A stretch of 64,000 nucleotides of DNA from an uncultured Gammaproteobacteria bacterium (lineage in GTDB: Bacteria; Pseudomonadota; Gammaproteobacteria; JAURND01). Location: positions 928,001 to 992,000 of the forward strand of contig CAVQQD010000002.1 in NCBI GenBank assembly GCA_963714975.1, in the 5' to 3' direction. The translations under genes and the position numbers were made by a program. Of the stretch, positions 60,301 through 64,000 are shown one piece after another (positions within the stretch are counted from its first letter, which is position 1; every line of letters starts with the position of its first letter). The notes beneath the pieces are model-generated. The model had not been told where the DNA came from. It saw nothing but the letters and a program-made list of their open reading frames with translations, and did no database searches.

Positions 60301-60801
60301 CATATTCGCCATGTTCAATGACTTGGGCCACGGCACGATAACCGGCACTAGCAAGCTGCTCGCGGAGGTGTTGGGCATCTAAGCGTTGCCCTTGTTTTAG
60401 CACTAAGCTATTGGCCGCTAAAAATTGTTTCGGAGCCAGGCGGTGCATTAATGTAGTTGCTGCTACCAGTAAGATTCCTTGTTGGCATTGTGGCAATTGG
60501 TTCAATACCGCTAAGCGTTCTGAAATAATATCGGTATGGGGCGAGAAATGATCATAAGGTAAAGTTTCCCAATCCGGAAATACCCAGACTGGCCAATGAT
60601 CATTTTTACTTTAAAAAAATTTATTTCTCGTTGTATCTGATTCGCTTGGGTAATATCGCGGGTGATGACCAGCAACAAACCTTGAGCAGTTTGCGCAGCA
60701 GCACAGAGTGCTAAACTCATGCTTGAACCGGTGAGCGGACTGAGGACAGTATGGACACCAGCTTGCGTGGGTAATGGGAAATGAATTAACGACGAAGTCA
60801 T
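57341..60801 (-). pseudogene. mfd: Transcription-repair coupling factor, three frameshifts
   Basis: Four consecutive frames give FPDWETLPYD, RGSLFDLYP, GIEYYLPLFF, GDVGFGKT, DEEH, TATPIPR and QLRGRVGR; shifts near 60611-60619, 59992-60000 and 59493-59495. Confidence 0.9.
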
Positions 60802-60816
60802 GTGGAATACGCACTA

Positions 60817-61779
60817 TTAAATTTTGGGTGGGCAGTATACAACACTCGGAAGCTTCGTGACACCCCCTCCCAATGTAAGCAATCGTCGCCAAGCACTAGC
60901 GCCTGGTTGGCCATGAAAAATGCCGAGCAATGCTCGTTTTAAGCAAGCCAAAGATTCCCCCTGCTGTAACTCAGCTTGCATGTATAACAAAAATTGTTCC
61001 ACTACTTCCCTGCGCGATAAGGAAGGTCTGTTATCATGATAAAAAAGTCGATCTACTTCAGACAAAAGATAGGGATTACGACATGCTTCCCTTCCCAACA
61101 TGACCCCATCTACTCCCTGAGATATTGCTGCTTGGACTTGGGCTAAAGTTTGGATCCCACCATTAAGAATTATCTTTAACGCAGGAAAATCTCGCTTCAA
61201 TTGATATACTCGTTCGTATTGCAAAGGCGGTACTGTGCGATTGGCTTTAGGATTTAGGCCGGTTAGCCAGGCTTTACGGGCATGGAGAATAAAGTGCCGA
61301 CACCCCCCGCGCTCAGCTACACATTGAATAAAAGCTTGTAAATATTCATAACTATCGAATTCATCAACACCAAGACGGGTCTTTACCGTAACCGGAATAG
61401 TAACTGCCTCACGCATTGCTTGGATACAATCCGCTACTAAAGGAACCTCTTTCATCAGACAAGCACCAAAACGCCCTTTCTGAACTCGGGGACTGGGGCA
61501 ACCTAGATTTAAATTTATTTCATTGTAGCCATAAGCTTGTCCCAAACGAGCGCATTGGGCTAAAGCTTTTGGATCACTGCCACCCAGCTGCAGGGCGACA
61601 GGATGTTCGCTGGGATGAAATTTGAGCCAACGCTCTGCCTGGTTGCTGCTTAAAAGCGCAGCGGTATTCACCATTTCTGTGTACAAGAAGATATGGCGGG
61701 TAATTAAGCGTAACAGGTAACGAAAATGACGATGGGTATAATCCATCATCGGTGCTACGGCAATAGTTGGAATGAACAT
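60817..61779 (-). CDS. dusA: tRNA-dihydrouridine(20/20a) synthase
   Basis: VAPMMDYT, ALQLGGSDP, NLNLGCPS, HARKAWLTGL and NGGI. Confidence 0.93.
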   Translation of the reverse strand: MFIPTIAVAPMMDYTHRHFRYLLRLITRHIFLYTEMVNTAALLSSNQAERWLKFHPSEHPVALQLGGSDPKALAQCARLGQAYGYNEINLNLGCPSPRVQKGRFGACLMKEVPLVADCIQAMREAVTIPVTVKTRLGVDEFDSYEYLQAFIQCVAERGGCRHFILHARKAWLTGLNPKANRTVPPLQYERVYQLKRDFPALKIILNGGIQTLAQVQAAISQGVDGVMLGREACRNPYLLSEVDRLFYHDNRPSLSRREVVEQFLLYMQAELQQGESLACLKRALLGIFHGQPGASAWRRLLTLGGGVTKLPSVVYCPPKI

Positions 61780-61837
61780 TTGAGGCCCCCTCTCATATAC
61801 TTTCGACATTAAACCTTCTCCCCTTGTGGGAGAAGGT

Positions 61838-63556
61838 TTAGCCAAGATACTCCACCACTAATTGTAAGCGGCGTTGGCCACGAAATTCATTGACATCAAG
61901 GCGATATACCATATGAACCGTTTCTGCCCGATGTTTTGGCCATTGTTGCAAATCCACATTAAATGCAATCGCATCGATCAGTTGGGTAGTCTTGGGAAGT
62001 GTCAATTGCATTTTTAAATGTTTGCCTCCCACCAAATATTGATTCAGCACCTGGAAACTATTATCAAACAATGGCTCTGGAAATCCTTGGCCCCAGGGAC
62101 CTGCTTCACGTAACAACATAGCGATTTCGATGCTAAAGTCCTCATGTCCCAATTCGCCATCACTGATTATGTTACTTTGTAATTCCTCGATACTAATATG
62201 CCGCCCTATTTCTGCACTAAAAGCTTCGGCAAAAGCCAGATAATGATCCTGATGGATCGTTAATCCTGCCGCCATCGCATGACCACCAAATTTAGCGATT
62301 AACTCAGGATGGCGTTTAGCGACGGCATCTAAAACATCCCGAATATGTAAGCCAGTAATTGAGCGTGCCGATCCTTTCAGCTCTTGATTATTCACGCTTG
62401 CAAAGGCAATGACCGGGCGATGGTAATGATCTTTCACTCGCGAGGCAACAATACCAATCACGCCCTGATGCCAGGTTGCATCGTGCAAGCAAATTCCAAG
62501 TGGTAAATGATGTATGGTTTGTAGCTGCGTCAAAGCATCCATGGCCTGTTGTTGCATCGTAGCTTCAATTTCGCGACGTTCTTTATTTAACTGATCCAGT
62601 TGGGTCGCTAGTTGCCGCGCGTGGGAAAACTCCGTGGCCAATAAACATTCGATACCCAGGGACATGTCTTGTAAACGACCGGCCGCATTGAGTCGCGGGC
62701 CTAGCGCAAATCCTAAATCGTTGGCAGTTAAATTAACGCTGGTGCGTCCTGATATTTCTAACAAAGCACAAATTCCTGGGCAAGCTTTGCCCAAGCGAAT
62801 GCGCTGCAGGCCTTTTTGCACTAAAATCCGGTTATTTTTATCCAAAGGAACCACATCAGCCACTGTGCCCAAGGCCACTAAGTCGAGAAATTCCGCCAGA
62901 TTGGGTTCTGGTAGCTGACGACTGACAAACCAGCCTAATTCACGCAAATAACGCCGCAATGCCAACATAATATAGAAAATAACCCCTACCCCGGCGAGAT
63001 TTTTGCTGAGGAAAAAATCACCTGCTTGATTCGGATTGACAATGGCCCTGGCCGCCGGCAGTTGCGCACCCGGTAAATGGTGATCGGTAATGAGCACCTG
63101 GATCCCGAAGGCGTTGGCTTGAGCAACTCCTTCGACGCTAGAGATACCATTATCCACCGTCACAATGAGGTGGGGATTACGCTGTGCAGCGACTTGGACA
63201 ATTTCGGGGGTCAAGCCATAACCATACTCAAAGCGGTTAGGCACTAAATAGGAAACTTGCTGAGCACCCAGGCGCCTTAAAGCAGCCACAGCGAGAGCAG
63301 TACTGGTGGCGCCATCCGCATCAAAATCACCGACGATGAGAATATGCTGTGCTTGTTCCAGAGCTTCGTATAAACACAAAACAGCCGCATCGATATTTTT
63401 CAAACCTGAAGCAGGGAGTAAGTGTGCTAATTCTTGTTGTAAATCTTCTAAAGTCTGTATACCTCGATTTAGATAAATTCGCTGCAAGAGTGGATGAATG
63501 CCATCGATACCTAATTCCTGGTTTGCCACAGACCGTCTTATAATTATTTTTTGCAT
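61838..63556 (-). CDS. recJ: Single-stranded-DNA exonuclease RecJ
   Basis: GDFDADG, TVDNG, TDHH, GPRLNAAGRL and GGHAMAAG. Confidence 0.97.
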   Translation of the reverse strand: MQKIIIRRSVANQELGIDGIHPLLQRIYLNRGIQTLEDLQQELAHLLPASGLKNIDAAVLCLYEALEQAQHILIVGDFDADGATSTALAVAALRRLGAQQVSYLVPNRFEYGYGLTPEIVQVAAQRNPHLIVTVDNGISSVEGVAQANAFGIQVLITDHHLPGAQLPAARAIVNPNQAGDFFLSKNLAGVGVIFYIMLALRRYLRELGWFVSRQLPEPNLAEFLDLVALGTVADVVPLDKNNRILVQKGLQRIRLGKACPGICALLEISGRTSVNLTANDLGFALGPRLNAAGRLQDMSLGIECLLATEFSHARQLATQLDQLNKERREIEATMQQQAMDALTQLQTIHHLPLGICLHDATWHQGVIGIVASRVKDHYHRPVIAFASVNNQELKGSARSITGLHIRDVLDAVAKRHPELIAKFGGHAMAAGLTIHQDHYLAFAEAFSAEIGRHISIEELQSNIISDGELGHEDFSIEIAMLLREAGPWGQGFPEPLFDNSFQVLNQYLVGGKHLKMQLTLPKTTQLIDAIAFNVDLQQWPKHRAETVHMVYRLDVNEFRGQRRLQLVVEYLG

Positions 63557-63779
63557 TTAGTTTCCTTCGCAACGCCTACGGGGTCCTGCCGCTCGGTCAC
63601 CCGCCGTGCTCGCAGGCTGCGCGCGGCGTGGTTTCCCCACGCGTCACCCCTTCGGCTTGTGCTACACAAATCCCTCCCTACCCAACCCCTGCCGGGAAGT
63701 GGTCAAAGAGGGGTATAAATTCTGCTTTATTACCACACTGTTTTTCAAGTAAGATGAGTGTAATTAAGGAGAAGAGACT

Positions 63780-64000
63780 ATGCTTTTATCTCAAGACCCC
63801 AACCAGGGTCAATATTACATCCGCCATTATAGCCCAGGAGCGATTTTGATCAATGATATCACTTATCCGCATAGCCTAGTGCTGTCTACAACCACGCTAT
63901 TCGATCACTGGGCCCCGCAGAATATTAGCCAACTGCGGCAAGAGGATTTTATCGCGATTGCTCAAGAAGCGCCTGAAGTGGTATTGCTTGGAACCGGAGA
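63780..64000 (+). CDS. Mth938/NDUFAF3-like domain protein, 3'-truncated by window edge
   Basis: MLLSQD...YIRHY..G.ILIND..YPHSL...PEVVLLGTG; AGGAG upstream. Confidence 0.75.
   Translation, partial: MLLSQDPNQGQYYIRHYSPGAILINDITYPHSLVLSTTTLFDHWAPQNISQLRQEDFIAIAQEAPEVVLLGTG

Noticed and set aside
63563-63700. GC-rich structured segment as a riboswitch or ncRNA
   Set aside because: No recognisable aptamer consensus; more likely another palindromic repeat, needs an Rfam scan

Overview
Gammaproteobacterial chromosome segment; gene content suggests a Legionellales/Coxiellales-like host (inference). The left half (about 1-27.7 kb) is accessory DNA piled up at the 3' end of the tmRNA gene (ssrA, 27718-28078, minus strand). 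It holds a dead P4-type integrase, BRO-family antirepressor copies, a 264-bp displaced copy of the ssrA 3' region lacking the U of the G3-U alanylation pair, and a compact two-gene biosynthetic cluster. That cluster pairs an AurF/PvfB-type diiron N-oxygenase with a translationally coupled 6163-aa five-module NRPS (A-T-C-A-T-C*-A-T-C*-A-T-E-C-A-T-E-TE). The two C* domains look like dehydrating C(modAA) domains after Thr modules, one module is a near-perfect 3174-bp tandem duplication, and the E-TE end resembles ACV synthetase. This is the best candidate for an undescribed system. The right half is mostly housekeeping: murC-murB-ddl, ribF, murJ, rpsP-rimM-trmD-rplS, queH, rdgC, leuACDB, cspA, frameshifted mfd, dusA and recJ. 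Oddities there include a FumC homolog stripped of its catalytic motifs, a Leu-rich leader that can pair with the leuA SD, a truncated XYP-type CDPS, a tRNA-Thr att scar and many palindromic REP-like repeats. All family and domain calls come from motif recognition by eye; no searches were run.
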